Notes: generated by a model not told the origin, from the sequence alone. DNA of 64,000 bases from Candidatus Heimdallarchaeota archaeon (GCA_019057635.1 DXJL01000156.1:1-64000); one strand, 5' to 3'; positions 9,969 through 21,482 are shown, numbered from the stretch's first letter. Numbers and translations are program-made.

Positions 9969-12340
9969 GGCTTTTCCTCCATCAATTGTTTCTTTAAAGA
10001 GGTAATTAACTCAGGCCGTTGCTTTTGAATTTCAGACCAGACTCTTTCTGAAGTAATTGGTAAATCAAATATTTGTACATTAATTGCATCTGCAATTGCA
10101 TTTCCTAATGCGGCTGGTACACCAATCATTGTTAGTTCTCCAATACCTCGTGCTCCGTGTGGACCATCCTCTTGGGGATTTTCAATAAAGTATGAAGAGA
10201 ATTCCTTTGGGATATCTCCAGGTCGGGCAATAATATAATCAACAAAGCTGGGATTAAGCAACTCCCCAGTCTTAGAATATTGTAGTTGCTCAGATGTGGC
10301 AATAGAAAGGGCCATGACACTGCCGCCAAGTACTTGCCCTTCACATAATTGTGGATTGATAGCTTTACCAATATCAAAAGCAGAGACTATTTGATTGATT
10401 GTAATTTCTCCAGTTAATGCATTAAGTTCAAGTTCGACACCTTGAGCTCCAAATGTTTCAAATATGGCTGGATTACCAGCTCCAGTATCAGAATCCAGAA
10501 TAGTCATTTTAGCTATATATTTCCCATGACCAATAACAGGCCCACCAATGGATTCGCCTGTTGGATACATATAGCCCATCACCACTTCAGAAAGACTCAA
10601 GTGGTTCCACGGTTCACCTTTAGGAAAAATTAATTCGTTCTTAATGACTAAATCGTCTTTTATCACTCTTAATACTTGAGAAGCAGTTTCAAATATCTGT
10701 TCTTTTGCGTTAATACAGGCGTTTTGGACCGCATTTCCATCCATAAATAGAGAGCGTGATCCAACGGTTTGCCATGTATAGGCATCCCTATCAGTATCCC
10801 GATCTCCTCTAATCTTTACTTTCTCGATTGGCAAACCAAGTTCATCTGCCGCAATTTGTGCTAGGCTAGTTAACGTACCTTGACCCATCTCCGAGGTTCC
10901 AACTGAAAGTATAACACTTCCATCTTCATTAAACTTAACGTATGATGAAGAGGCACTGTTTGGGGGTTGTGCAGGTCCTTTCATAAAACCAGCAATCCCA
11001 ACACCTCGAAAAATCCACGGTTTAGGAGGAGGAGTCTTTTTCTTTTTTTTAGTAAGCTCACTCCAAACTTTATCTAAACATTCATCTATACTACCAGCAT
11101 CTTCTCTCAGACGATGTTGATTCCCTGTAATCCCAGAACCTGGCTTTAAGGTATTTATCTTGCGAAAAGTAACTGAATCTAATCCTAATTTCTTTGCGAT
11201 GATTTCATTTTGTCGTTCGATCACCCAATGAAGCTCTAAATGCCCAAAACCACGAAAAGCTGTCGCGTATGGTTTATTCGTATAAACTGTGTATGAATCT
11301 GATTTAATATGCTCTATATCGTACGGGCCTATTGAAACATAGCCAGCAGCTCTGCCTACATTGACTGCATAGTCAGCACAGGCACCTGAATCCCAAATAT
11401 ATTCAATCTGCTGAGCTGTTACTTTCCCTTGTTTAGTAACACCTGTTTTCAGTTTTGCTACCATTCCTACCCGTATCGGAGCGCTTCTGAAGTTCTCTTC
11501 TCTTGTTAAATGTAATTTAACGGGACGATTGTTTGCTTTTCGAGAGAGTAAAACGACCAAAGGTTCGAAGTTAAGTCCTGCTTTTCCTCCAAATCCACCT
11601 CCAAGGAGAGGTGAGTATACAGTAATATTAGATGTCGGTGTTGCAAAAGTAATACCCAATAGATAACGTACGGTGAATGGCGATTGTGCAGAGGACCATA
11701 CTTCTATAGTTCCGTCTCTACGGTAATGTCCTATAGAAACTATTGTTTCTAAGTATGCATGGGATATTTGGGGCATACTATAACTGTGTTCGAAGATTTC
11801 ATCAGCTTGTTTAAACCCATCTTCTATGTTACCTTTTCGTAATTTAAAATGATTTGCAACATTTGTTCCTGGAATGGGATGAAAAGCGGGGGAATGATTA
11901 TAGTCAGCCATTTTTTCATGGACTAATATTTGTTTGGAGTCCATTGCTTTAACAGGATCTAAAATAGGTTCTAATGGCTCATATTCTATCTTTATTAATG
12001 ATAATGCTTCTTCAGCAATAGCCTCTGATTCTGCAGCTACAGCCACAACAGGTTGTCCAATCCAAACAACTTTTTCGACCGCGAGAATATCTCGATCCCC
12101 AGCGTAAAGACCAATTTTTACAGGCCAATCCTTTCCAGTAACAATAGCGACCACTCCAGGTAATTTTTCTGCTTCGGCTGTGTCTATTGAAAGTATTTTT
12201 CCGTGGGCGATTGGAGAGGCAAGAAATTTTCCTGTGAGCATATTTGGAATGTAATCTATGTCAACTGCGTACATTGCCTGGCCAGATACTTTATCATTGG
12301 CATCTTTTCGGGGAACTGACTGACCAACATATTCATTCAT
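9965..12340 (-). CDS. Xanthine dehydrogenase family molybdopterin-binding large subunit
   Basis: GGGFGGK, active-site loop AFRGFG, EMGQG, GARGIGE. Confidence 0.93.
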   Translation of the reverse strand: MNEYVGQSVPRKDANDKVSGQAMYAVDIDYIPNMLTGKFLASPIAHGKILSIDTAEAEKLPGVVAIVTGKDWPVKIGLYAGDRDILAVEKVVWIGQPVVAVAAESEAIAEEALSLIKIEYEPLEPILDPVKAMDSKQILVHEKMADYNHSPAFHPIPGTNVANHFKLRKGNIEDGFKQADEIFEHSYSMPQISHAYLETIVSIGHYRRDGTIEVWSSAQSPFTVRYLLGITFATPTSNITVYSPLLGGGFGGKAGLNFEPLVVLLSRKANNRPVKLHLTREENFRSAPIRVGMVAKLKTGVTKQGKVTAQQIEYIWDSGACADYAVNVGRAAGYVSIGPYDIEHIKSDSYTVYTNKPYATAFRGFGHLELHWVIERQNEIIAKKLGLDSVTFRKINTLKPGSGITGNQHRLREDAGSIDECLDKVWSELTKKKKKTPPPKPWIFRGVGIAGFMKGPAQPPNSASSSYVKFNEDGSVILSVGTSEMGQGTLTSLAQIAADELGLPIEKVKIRGDRDTDRDAYTWQTVGSRSLFMDGNAVQNACINAKEQIFETASQVLRVIKDDLVIKNELIFPKGEPWNHLSLSEVVMGYMYPTGESIGGPVIGHGKYIAKMTILDSDTGAGNPAIFETFGAQGVELELNALTGEITINQIVSAFDIGKAINPQLCEGQVLGGSVMALSIATSEQLQYSKTGELLNPSFVDYIIARPGDIPKEFSSYFIENPQEDGPHGARGIGELTMIGVPAALGNAIADAINVQIFDLPITSERVWSEIQKQRPELITSLKKQLMEEKP

Positions 12341-12379
12341 TCAATTTTCACCATTAATATAGATAAGTGTTGTAATACG

Positions 12380-12676
12380 TCATCCTCCTCCCACAATTTC
12401 CAAAAAACCAATTCGATCAACTCTTACATGATCTTTGGAATTCAAAATAGTATCTAATCCTGTTGTTGATCGATTCACCACATGTCCATTTACCAAAAGA
12501 ATTGTTGCTTGATGTAATTTCTCATGATTCAGAAGAAGCAATTTTAAATCAGGGTCCTTTTGGATTAATGTATTTACTACATCTTGAATTGTAGGTTCTT
12601 TATCTAGTATCTCTAATTCGATTTCAGAACCCAAATTTGCGCCTAATTTCCCAAAAAGCTGAACATGTATTTTCAT
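12380..12676 (-). CDS. MoaD/ThiS/SAMP ubiquitin-like sulfur carrier
   Basis: Beta-grasp pattern (ILLVNG) and C-terminal GGG; directly upstream of the molybdoenzyme genes. Confidence 0.85.
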   Translation of the reverse strand: MKIHVQLFGKLGANLGSEIELEILDKEPTIQDVVNTLIQKDPDLKLLLLNHEKLHQATILLVNGHVVNRSTTGLDTILNSKDHVRVDRIGFLEIVGGG

Positions 12677-12792
12677 TATAAGTGGGATAGTTTAGATATA
12701 ATCTGTTGAAATATTTTCTTCTTTCTAGGGTTTTTGAATATCAAAAGCTAGAAGAAGAAAATCTGAGCTAGTCTGAATTTGTTACAATTGAC

Positions 12793-13683
12793 TTAAAGAG
12801 TAGGAAGAAATAAGAAAAACACTCCCAGCACTATCAAAGATGCTGCAAAAAGTCTCTGCCTAATATCTTCCTTAAATAGGATACGTGCTAGAATCATTGC
12901 AAAGAATATATTAAGAGCTCCAATCGGTTCGACTATGGAAACATCTAGATAATTGAAAGCTACAATCAATGCAAGATATGAATAGGCATTTGTGATACCT
13001 GAAACTACGCTAATACTTGGATTTGTTTTGATGACATAATAAGGCTCAATCATTTGTCCTTTAAATATCAAAATGGTAAACAATATAATAGTAATTAACA
13101 GATATATCAAGAAGGCATAAACTTCAGGTGTAAAATTATCTGTTGCGGCAAAACCATCAATTATTCTTCCTATTGCCATTAAAAGTGATGCACTAATCAT
13201 TAACTGGGCTGATGTATTAGTAAAGACTTGTTTTAAAGAATTTTTAAATGATGATCCCTTTTGCAAATAAGATAAACCAATAAATATTGACACCACACCA
13301 AATAATTTCGTAAATGTAATTTCTTCACCAAGTAAGATAGTAGAGAATAGTAATAAGAATATTAAGTTAAAATTATATAGGGGAGTAACTAAACTAATAT
13401 CTCCTTCTTTTAACGAAGCGGTATACATCCAAAAGGCAAATGAATAGAATATACTTGATATCATAGGAAAAATTATCATTTCCGAAACTTTTATATGCAT
13501 TATAGCAAATGGGAATAGACTTACTGCCCCAAATCCGAAAAAAACTGCCGTAATTGCAAGTGATTTATCCTCGATTGAGTCTTTACCAAGTAATTTCAAA
13601 AATATTCTTTCAAAACCTAGAAGAATTATCCTGACAACCAATGCTAGAGTTAATATTCCAGTACTCACAAAATTACTTTCCAA
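12793..13683 (-). CDS. EamA/DMT family transporter
   Basis: About 10 TM segments in two repeats; ISLVTPL, LLGEEIT, ILFKEDI. Confidence 0.88.
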   Translation of the reverse strand: MESNFVSTGILTLALVVRIILLGFERIFLKLLGKDSIEDKSLAITAVFFGFGAVSLFPFAIMHIKVSEMIIFPMISSIFYSFAFWMYTASLKEGDISLVTPLYNFNLIFLLLFSTILLGEEITFTKLFGVVSIFIGLSYLQKGSSFKNSLKQVFTNTSAQLMISASLLMAIGRIIDGFAATDNFTPEVYAFLIYLLITIILFTILIFKGQMIEPYYVIKTNPSISVVSGITNAYSYLALIVAFNYLDVSIVEPIGALNIFFAMILARILFKEDIRQRLFAASLIVLGVFFLFLPTL

Positions 13684-14388
13684 TTAGGTTGATTCTATCA
13701 GATCAACTAGTTGAGAATAATTCTGAATTGTTCGAAATGATGGCGTAATAACTTTTGCTACCTGTTCCTCGTTTGGGTTGAACCAAATAGGTGTAATTCC
13801 GATAAAGGCTGCAGGATTGATATCATTTTTCAATGAATCTCCTACCATGAAAGTATTTTCTGGAATACCTCCCATTAACGACAAAGTATGATAGAAGATT
13901 AGTGGATGAGGTTTTTCATGGCCAACAGCCTCCGAGGTAACAATCCCCTCAAACATATCTCCAAGGCCTAAGAGGCTAATTTTTTTATATTGGATATTTG
14001 CCTGCATATTAGTAATAATGCCCAGACGATAATTTTTCCTTTTTAATGAATCTAATGCATCTTTCAACCCAGGATATGGAGTCATTGTTTCATAAAAACC
14101 AGCATAATATCCATCTAGAAGAGCTGAAATTAAATCAGTATTCGGAATACCAGTTGCTATCTCAACAAACTTTTGAAAGTACAAAGCTCGAGAATGTGAT
14201 GCAGCAGAATCAGCTAGAAATCTCTTAATCCAAGAACGGCTGTCTGAATACAGTTTACTAAATTCTGCAAACTCCATGTTCGCTCCTTGCTCATTCCAAC
14301 TTTTGTGAGCTTGAGTAAGCCCTTTTCGTTGAGCTGTATCATAATCATATAGCGTACCATCCAGATCAAAGAGAACAATTTTAGACAA
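13684..14388 (-). CDS. HAD-superfamily hydrolase (YjjG-like)
   Basis: FDLDGTL, ITN, KPHP, VGDSLKND. Confidence 0.9.
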   Translation of the reverse strand: MSKIVLFDLDGTLYDYDTAQRKGLTQAHKSWNEQGANMEFAEFSKLYSDSRSWIKRFLADSAASHSRALYFQKFVEIATGIPNTDLISALLDGYYAGFYETMTPYPGLKDALDSLKRKNYRLGIITNMQANIQYKKISLLGLGDMFEGIVTSEAVGHEKPHPLIFYHTLSLMGGIPENTFMVGDSLKNDINPAAFIGITPIWFNPNEEQVAKVITPSFRTIQNYSQLVDLIEST

Positions 14389-14487
14389 AAAACAACACCC
14401 TTAGTCTGTGCACGATAAAAGAATTTCACTGCTTTAAGAATTTTTCAGCTATGCTCTATGATTTGTTTGAAATAAAAAAGAAAATGG

Positions 14488-14520
14488 AAAACTAAGCATC
14501 AAAAAAGTTGCTTAGATTTT
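14488..14520 (-). terminator. Hairpin just downstream of the OFOR beta gene
   Basis: Inverted repeat AAAACTAAGCA...TGCTTAGATTTT, with T-rich tracts downstream on the minus strand. Confidence 0.35.
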
Positions 14521-14527
14521 TTTTGCT

Positions 14528-15400
14528 CTAATGCCTCATAGAATCTATCAGTTTCTGGAGTTGAGGTAAATTTACTTCCCGTTTATACAGGGGATCCTTA
14601 TTTGTTTTATAAACTGGTAAATAATCCTCAAAAGTTGGTTTTTCATTCTTATAGAAAACACCCAAAGGTAATTTCCCTTTCTCGGTAGCTCTTTTGAAAG
14701 CCTCAGTTCTATTTTTTGGATCATACGATTCTTCTAAATAATATACATTTTCCCTGAACCATTTCCAAGTGTTTATCTTATTAAATGATACACAAGGTTG
14801 GAGGATATCAACAAAAGAATATCCTTTGAAAGATATAGCTTGTTTAATTACCTCTAAAGATTTTTCTTGGTTTGCAATTGAAACTCGTGCAACGAAAGCT
14901 GCATCTAATGCAATAGCCAGTGCTAATGGATTGAATGGTTCATTTGTAACACCTTGTACTTGAACTGGTGTAATAAATCCAAACTGGCTTGTTGGCGAAG
15001 CTTGACCTTTTGTTAATCCGTATACCATGTTATCATGTGCAAGATGGGTAATATTTGGATTTCTCAGGATATTATGGATAAAATGGTTACCACCTTCACC
15101 AAATGAGCATCCGTCGCCACTCTCAACAATGACGGTAAGCTCAGGATTAGCTGCTTTAACTGCCATTGCTGCAGCTACTGCCCGCCCGTGTAGACCATTA
15201 AATACGTTAGTTTTCAGATAATGAGGAGTTTTTGCCGCTTGACCTATACCCGATGCCATAACCAATTCTTCAGGTTTTATATCTAATTCAGTTAATGCTT
15301 GTTTTACAATTTTTAAAATACTAAAATTTCCACATCCGGGGCACCACGCCACGTCTGTTTCATGGGGCATATCATAAATACTTGTATCCATGTATTTCAT
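14528..15400 (-). CDS. 2-oxoacid:ferredoxin oxidoreductase beta subunit
   Basis: [16 protein letters not shown] motif GDG...[12 protein letters not shown]. Confidence 0.95.
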   Translation of the reverse strand: MKYMDTSIYDMPHETDVAWCPGCGNFSILKIVKQALTELDIKPEELVMASGIGQAAKTPHYLKTNVFNGLHGRAVAAAMAVKAANPELTVIVESGDGCSFGEGGNHFIHNILRNPNITHLAHDNMVYGLTKGQASPTSQFGFITPVQVQGVTNEPFNPLALAIALDAAFVARVSIANQEKSLEVIKQAISFKGYSFVDILQPCVSFNKINTWKWFRENVYYLEESYDPKNRTEAFKRATEKGKLPLGVFYKNEKPTFEDYLPVYKTNKDPLYKREVNLPQLQKLIDSMRH

Positions 15401-15403
15401 CTC

Positions 15404-17107
15404 CTATATCTTTTCAATAAACTCCTTCACTTCTTCTACACTGAAAGGCATACCGTTATATTTCAGAAATTGATCGGGTTTGATGTTGAATTCCAATGTA
15501 ATCACTTTACCGAATTGAGCGGTAGCATTGTTTTCAACTACAACAACCTTTTTTGCTTTTTTCAGGTAATCAATAGTATCTTCTGATAATGGATACACTT
15601 GTTTGAAATGGAGAAAAGCCACATCTTTCCGGTTCGATAGCTCTAGAGCTTCTTTCACAGCACTATAGGTCGACCCCCAGCCTATCAGCAAAATAGAATA
15701 ATCTGCAGGGCCAATTAATTCAGGTTTAACGAAATCTTCTTTTAATAATTTGAGTTTTTTATATAGACGTTTATCTACCATTTTGGGTCTTAAATCATGG
15801 ACATCCTCTGTAATGTGGCCTTCTTCATCGTGTTCATCACTATCCACATTTACTAATCCCGATCCATAACCTGGGATTCCTCGAGGAGAAATACCATTCT
15901 CTGTAAGGAGATATCGTTTGTAGTTTTCATCCGTCTTTTCAATATACTTCGTATTTTTAATGTTCGTAAGATCCAGATCGGGAAGACTATAATGTGAATC
16001 AACAAGGAATTGATCACTAAGTATGAATACTGGAACTTGATACTTATCTGCGAGATTAAATGCGTGCTGCGTCAGAAAAAAAGCTTCTTCTGCATTTCCC
16101 GGAGCAAAAATTGCTCGTGCGAATTCTCCATGACCCCCATTTAGTACAAATTGTAAATCCTCTTGACCTGTTCGCGTTGGAAGTCCTGTTCCTGGTCCAG
16201 GACGCTGTGCTATGTGGAAAACCATTGGAGTTTCCAAGATTCCTGACAATGATAGTCCTTCGGTCATAAGAGCAAAACCTCCTCCAGAAGTTGTAATCAT
16301 AGCTCTTGCACCTGCGTACCATGCGCCAATTCCTTTGTTAACCGCAGCAATTTCATCTTCTGCCTGATCTATTATAATCCCAAAATCTTCTGCCTTTTGG
16401 GAAAGGAAGATCAATACTCCTGTCGAGGGGGACATAGGATAGGAGGAGATAAAGTTGAGTCCTGCTGCGATACTTCCCATTGCGATTGCTTGTGATCCAT
16501 TTAATGTAAGATAGTTCTTTACTGAATCATCTTTTTGAAGATCAATTTTAAGTTTCCCATCTTCCAGCATTTGATTCCCGATCTCGATACCGCGATGGCA
16601 AGCCTTGATATTGTTTTGGAGGATAGTATCCCCTTTTGGCGAGAACTTTTTTGTTAAATATGCCTTAGAAATGTTCCCTTCTACACCAAAAAGTGCAAGG
16701 AATATACCGACAGAGACGATATTTGTATAGATCTTACCACCGATCTCATTAGCAATTTTTGTAAAATCAACTTTGATAATATTTGCTTTGTTTGGACAGT
16801 ATTCTTCTGCTATATTCCCCTCTTCACCAATGATAATTGTTTCTGGTGATATTCTGTGTTCCAAGTGTTTAAGCGCTTTTGAACTTAAGGGAAATAAAAT
16901 GTCAATTCGATCTATAAAGGCTGATCGTGATTTTTCATCTGAAATTCGTATTAACGTGGAGTTAGTTCCTCCTCGAATTCGCGACATGAATTCTGAAGTA
17001 CTATAGACATGATAACCAGACAATTTAAGCATTCCAGTTACAAGTTGCTCAACTGTTGCAATACCTTGTCCTGCTTCTCCGCATAACACTATTGATACTT
17101 CTTTCAT
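15404..17107 (-). CDS. 2-oxoacid:ferredoxin oxidoreductase alpha subunit (gamma-alpha fusion)
   Basis: [30 protein letters not shown]. Confidence 0.95.
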   Translation of the reverse strand: MKEVSIVLCGEAGQGIATVEQLVTGMLKLSGYHVYSTSEFMSRIRGGTNSTLIRISDEKSRSAFIDRIDILFPLSSKALKHLEHRISPETIIIGEEGNIAEEYCPNKANIIKVDFTKIANEIGGKIYTNIVSVGIFLALFGVEGNISKAYLTKKFSPKGDTILQNNIKACHRGIEIGNQMLEDGKLKIDLQKDDSVKNYLTLNGSQAIAMGSIAAGLNFISSYPMSPSTGVLIFLSQKAEDFGIIIDQAEDEIAAVNKGIGAWYAGARAMITTSGGGFALMTEGLSLSGILETPMVFHIAQRPGPGTGLPTRTGQEDLQFVLNGGHGEFARAIFAPGNAEEAFFLTQHAFNLADKYQVPVFILSDQFLVDSHYSLPDLDLTNIKNTKYIEKTDENYKRYLLTENGISPRGIPGYGSGLVNVDSDEHDEEGHITEDVHDLRPKMVDKRLYKKLKLLKEDFVKPELIGPADYSILLIGWGSTYSAVKEALELSNRKDVAFLHFKQVYPLSEDTIDYLKKAKKVVVVENNATAQFGKVITLEFNIKPDQFLKYNGMPFSVEEVKEFIEKI

Positions 17108-17384
17108 ATTAGTATACTTCCGAAAATTAATTTTTCATTAATCTGTTTTGATTGATGTGCTCTTCAAGGCAACATAAGGAAATTACACTCATGTTAAATC
17201 GCTTAATGTTTTGTTTATCGAAATAGGGTAAAATCATTATGAGCGTTGATTTCGCAAAACTCAAACCTAGCGTTAATTTCCCTGAAATAATTTGAATTCT
17301 CCCTTCCTATTTAAGGTTGTAGTCCAAGATATCAAGGTGATTCATTAAATTCCGTGAGGTTTTTATACCAAATTATGATATGAA

Positions 17385-17780
17385 GTGATAGGGAAACCAT
17401 TGGGAACTCATGAAATTATCCAAGCTTTTGAAGCAGTTTTCGGAGAAATGATTGACCTTCCAGCATGTATTTCCATATGTGACAATGATGGGCTCCTCAT
17501 ATATTCAGTGGGGGAATGTGCAGACCAATGGGTCTTAGAATCGTTGTTATCATATCTGATCATGTCATATGAAGCTACTCATGAGAAATTAGCACTAACA
17601 GATGAGAAACTCGATAGTCTCGTGATAACTACTGGGAATAAAGTCTATTACATTGATAATATTGGGGGAAAGGACGGATTATTTATGATAATTCAAACCA
17701 CTCCAGTCTTAATGAACAAAGTTCTCCCCTTTCTTAAAAACATCGTAATTAATGTTGAAAAATCGTTATCTAGGGGATAA
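17385..17780 (+). CDS. Roadblock/LC7 (MglB)-like protein
   Basis: 131 aa; ISICDNDGLLIYS strand-turn-strand motif in an alpha-beta-beta-alpha-beta-beta-beta-alpha pattern. Confidence 0.6.
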   Translation: MIGKPLGTHEIIQAFEAVFGEMIDLPACISICDNDGLLIYSVGECADQWVLESLLSYLIMSYEATHEKLALTDEKLDSLVITTGNKVYYIDNIGGKDGLFMIIQTTPVLMNKVLPFLKNIVINVEKSLSRG

Positions 17781-18023
17781 AATGATTATAACTTCATACA
17801 AAACATGATATACTATCTCAAATCTCTATTTTCTAAGAAAGAGCAGGATTTTACTAATTTTATTTGTGTAGATTTTGATTTATCCGGAATAGTTGACTTA
17901 AAACATTTTTTTCTGGAAACATCCGACCATCAAGTAACTTTTTAATTTCCCAATATTTCCCCTTACTCTGTCTAAGGTATGCTAATTGAATATAATTCAG
18001 TATTTAAAGGAAGATAGTTATGC

Positions 18024-19109
18024 ATGGGAAAAATTAGAGTAGCAATTGCGGGATTAGGTAATTGTGCATCAGCCTTAATTCAAGGAGTTCACTATTATCG
18101 CAATGAAAAACCAGATACACGGGTTCCAGGACTTATGCATGTAAAATTTGGTGATTATCATGTCCATGATTTGGAATTCGTTGCTGCTTTTGAAGTCAAT
18201 AAAGATAAAATTGGGAAGAAAATAAGTGATGCGATTTGGATTGAACCCAATTGTACCCCAAAGTTCTCTGATATCCCTGAAATCGATGTAATCGTTCAAC
18301 CTGGACCTATCAATGATGGTGTTGCTTCTCACATGGTGGATTCTTTCCATTGTTATGATGAAGCGAAAATGAGTCCTGTTGATGTAGCTCAAGTCTTAAA
18401 AGATGCAAAAGCTGACGTATTGGTTAATTTTCTGCCAGTTGGAAGTGAGAAAGCTACACGTGTTTACGCACAAGCATGCCTAGATTCTGGAGTTTCTCTT
18501 GCCAATGGAATTCCTTCGTTTATTGTTTCAGATCCAACGAAAGAATGGCCAAATAAATTTGAAGAGAAGGGCATTCCTATTGCTGGAGATGATATAAAAT
18601 CTCAAATAGGAGCTACGATTCTACATCGTGTTCTGACCAAATTAATGTTGGATCGTGGAATCGAAATTGAGAAAACTTATCAATTGAATGTCGGTGGAAA
18701 TACTGATTTTGAAAATATGAAGTACGAAGCTCGTTTAACGTCAAAGCGGATAAGTAAAACAGAAGCAGTTACAAGTTTAATGCCCCATGATGTACCAACA
18801 CGAATTGGCCCCTCTGATTATGTACCTTTTTTAGGAGATAGAAAGATCTGTTACTTGATGCTTGAAGGACGAAAATTTGGTGATCAACCTGTTTCTATTG
18901 AAGCAAAATTAAGTGTCATTGATAGTCCCAATTCCGCAGGTGTTATGATAGACGTCATCCGGGCTTTAAAAATTGCCAGAGATCGTAAAATCGGTGGTCC
19001 ATTAATTTCAATGTCTTCGTATTCATTTAAACACCCTCCAGTTCAAGTACCTGATTTTGAGGCTCATGAACGTGTTGAGGCATTTATCCGTGGAGAAGTA
19101 GAAAGGTAA
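18024..19109 (+). CDS. ino1: myo-inositol-1-phosphate synthase
   Basis: GLGNCAS, GDDIKSQIGAT, QLNVGGNTDF, DSPNSAG. Confidence 0.95.
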   Translation: MGKIRVAIAGLGNCASALIQGVHYYRNEKPDTRVPGLMHVKFGDYHVHDLEFVAAFEVNKDKIGKKISDAIWIEPNCTPKFSDIPEIDVIVQPGPINDGVASHMVDSFHCYDEAKMSPVDVAQVLKDAKADVLVNFLPVGSEKATRVYAQACLDSGVSLANGIPSFIVSDPTKEWPNKFEEKGIPIAGDDIKSQIGATILHRVLTKLMLDRGIEIEKTYQLNVGGNTDFENMKYEARLTSKRISKTEAVTSLMPHDVPTRIGPSDYVPFLGDRKICYLMLEGRKFGDQPVSIEAKLSVIDSPNSAGVMIDVIRALKIARDRKIGGPLISMSSYSFKHPPVQVPDFEAHERVEAFIRGEVER

Positions 19110-19124
19110 AATCTTCGACAGCAC

Positions 19125-20063
19125 ATGGTGCTCGATTTGGCAACTAAGTCATTATTTCACGATATTTACGATTTAATTAGATTACCTCTATGTATAATGG
19201 GTTCTCTTGCTGGGTTTACTGCAGGATTAATTGTTTTATTAGTTCAGAACCCAGGTTACAATATTATTACGCTACTTTCACAATATTGGCAATTAGGAGC
19301 GTTAGGTCTTTCAATCCCATTTCTTATTGTAGGCGCTTCAATGGCTATTAATGATTACCATGATTATGAGGCTGATCGTATAAATGGAAGGATTGATAGA
19401 CCGCTTGTTCGAAATTCTAAGCTTAAACCACAATATGTCCTCTATGGGTCACTCTCAATGATTGGACTTGGAGTTTTGATTTCTCTCTTCCTCTTTAATA
19501 GCAATTTCTTAGTACCTATTGGTGTTATCATTTTTAGTTTTCTATCAATATCATACAATTTATGGACCAAAGAAAAAGGGATTTTAGGGAATATCACAGT
19601 TGCTGCAAGTAATACTGCTCCTTACCTATTAACTCTAGTGGCTCTTGATGCTCAAGATCTAGATACCGTACTTGTCGTTGTTGTAATGGCAATTATTGTC
19701 TTTTGCGGTGTATTGGGACGTGAATTAGTAAAAGGAATTATGGATATCGAAGGTGATCAGAAAACCGACTCCCGTACATTTGCTGTTCAATACGGTCCCA
19801 AAAGAGCCGTACAAATGGCTTCTTTCTTTTTTATTCTCTTAATTATTCTCATACCTATACCTATGTTCATTAAATTTCAGCATAATTATCTCTATCTTAT
19901 TTTAATGATGATTACTGTTTTTCTGTTTCTCTATACTGTTGGTATTTTATATAACGATCCTTCTATTAAATCAGGAAAAAAAGCTAGATCCTATACTCGA
20001 ACTGCTCTTTGGATTGGATCTGCAGCATTTTTAGTTGGAGCTATTGCTCTTTCTGGAGTTTAA
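19125..20063 (+). CDS. UbiA-family prenyltransferase (DGGGP synthase-like)
   Basis: NDYHDYEADRINGRIDRPL and RELVKGIMDIEGD motifs; multi-TM. Confidence 0.85.
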   Translation: MVLDLATKSLFHDIYDLIRLPLCIMGSLAGFTAGLIVLLVQNPGYNIITLLSQYWQLGALGLSIPFLIVGASMAINDYHDYEADRINGRIDRPLVRNSKLKPQYVLYGSLSMIGLGVLISLFLFNSNFLVPIGVIIFSFLSISYNLWTKEKGILGNITVAASNTAPYLLTLVALDAQDLDTVLVVVVMAIIVFCGVLGRELVKGIMDIEGDQKTDSRTFAVQYGPKRAVQMASFFFILLIILIPIPMFIKFQHNYLYLILMMITVFLFLYTVGILYNDPSIKSGKKARSYTRTALWIGSAAFLVGAIALSGV

Positions 20064-20086
20064 ATCACGACTATTAAGGGATAAAA

Positions 20087-21469
20087 TTGTTCGGAGAACC
20101 AAATAAATTCGCTTGGCAAATGGCTCAGAAGACTAATCTGCGCGAGGGAACAGATGGAGTATATAAAATTATTAGAAATCTCTATAGATACCAACAACAA
20201 AAACTAACTAATAAGGAATTTGCAAAATTAGTTGGAATTCCAGTGCCAGTTGTCTCAGCTGTTCGGGGGGAATTGATGAAAGCAAAATTTCTGAAAACGA
20301 AAAATCTTCTTAGCTCAACGGCTATATCGTGGATTGAAAAGGAATTGGGATTGCGATTTGAATTCTCCTTCTTTCAAGAGTTTTCTCCTTCTTCTCCCAC
20401 ACTTACTCCAGAACATTTGTCATTTTTTAATCCAATAATTAAAGCTCTTGAGGGCCGTCCGCCACCTGAATATAAATACGATCAATCAAGAAGCACTACT
20501 GAAACCGTATTAAAACGAGCTATAATAATGGCAAGAAATGGGGATGTAGAAGGAAAGAAAATAGTTTTACTCGGTGATGATGATGGATTATCACTGGCAC
20601 TTGCGCATCTTGATTGTGCTCGTGAAATTTTGGTGATTGATATTGACTCACGAATTTTAAAGTTAATAAATGACTTTACCGAGAGAAATAATTATTCAAC
20701 TTTGATACGTACTCAATTATGGGATATAAGAACCGCTTTTCCAGAAGAGTGGTTGAATCATTTTGATACGTTTGAGATGGATCCACCTTACACTGTTTCA
20801 GGATTTAAACTGTTTGTAACACGTGCTCTTTCATTAATTAATCCTGATTCAAGTTCACATGGGTATATTTCCTTTGGGAATAAGTCACCGTTTGAAAAGT
20901 GGGAGTGTCAAGAACATTTAAATACACATGGACTTGTTATCGAGGAATTTATTCCTAATTTCAACAAGTATATTGGAGCAACAATACTTGGAAGCACATC
21001 TAATCTGTATATTGTTGGCTCAATCCCACAAAAAGTGTGTAGGACAGAGTTAACAGATCAACAACAAGCAATCTATACTTTTGATGAAAAAAAAGTAAAA
21101 GATTTACCAACAGTAGGGTATCAGATAATTGCAGAATTCTATGGAGTGAGTAAAGAAATCTTAACTGATGGTGATCATCTAAAGGGAATCGCCTTACTTG
21201 GATTAGAGCAGAGTCAACTTCATACCGAGGAAGTTTTTTTAAAAGAGTATTCTCCATACGGAGTATCAATCATCTTTATTTTAGTAGAAAGTCATTGTCA
21301 CATCCATACGTGGCCTGAACATAACTATTTATCGTTGGATTTATTCGTATGTGAAGCAAAGGAAAAAGCCGAAACATTCTTTCACTACTTATTAAGAAGT
21401 ATAAATCCAGTCGATTATCATAAATTTCAATTTTATCGGGGACATCCCCCATTATCAGATGAGTCTTAA
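20087..21469 (+). CDS. Fusion: branched-chain polyamine synthase (BpsA/DUF43)-like domain plus pyruvoyl S-adenosylmethionine decarboxylase (SpeD/SpeH) domain
   Basis: DQ..ST.ET...R, GDVEGKKIVLLGDDD and FDTFEMDPPYT (BpsA-like). C-terminal GVS....LVESHCHIHTWPE..YLSLDLFVC (AdoMetDC self-cleavage site). Confidence 0.85.
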   Translation: MFGEPNKFAWQMAQKTNLREGTDGVYKIIRNLYRYQQQKLTNKEFAKLVGIPVPVVSAVRGELMKAKFLKTKNLLSSTAISWIEKELGLRFEFSFFQEFSPSSPTLTPEHLSFFNPIIKALEGRPPPEYKYDQSRSTTETVLKRAIIMARNGDVEGKKIVLLGDDDGLSLALAHLDCAREILVIDIDSRILKLINDFTERNNYSTLIRTQLWDIRTAFPEEWLNHFDTFEMDPPYTVSGFKLFVTRALSLINPDSSSHGYISFGNKSPFEKWECQEHLNTHGLVIEEFIPNFNKYIGATILGSTSNLYIVGSIPQKVCRTELTDQQQAIYTFDEKKVKDLPTVGYQIIAEFYGVSKEILTDGDHLKGIALLGLEQSQLHTEEVFLKEYSPYGVSIIFILVESHCHIHTWPEHNYLSLDLFVCEAKEKAETFFHYLLRSINPVDYHKFQFYRGHPPLSDES

Positions 21470-21482
21470 GGTGTAAAAGTAA

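Noticed and set aside
9965-12340. Aerobic CO dehydrogenase (coxL)
   Set aside because: The active-site loop is AFRGFG, not AYxCSFR (form I) or AYRGAGR (form II). It is a generic xanthine-dehydrogenase-family enzyme with unknown substrate.
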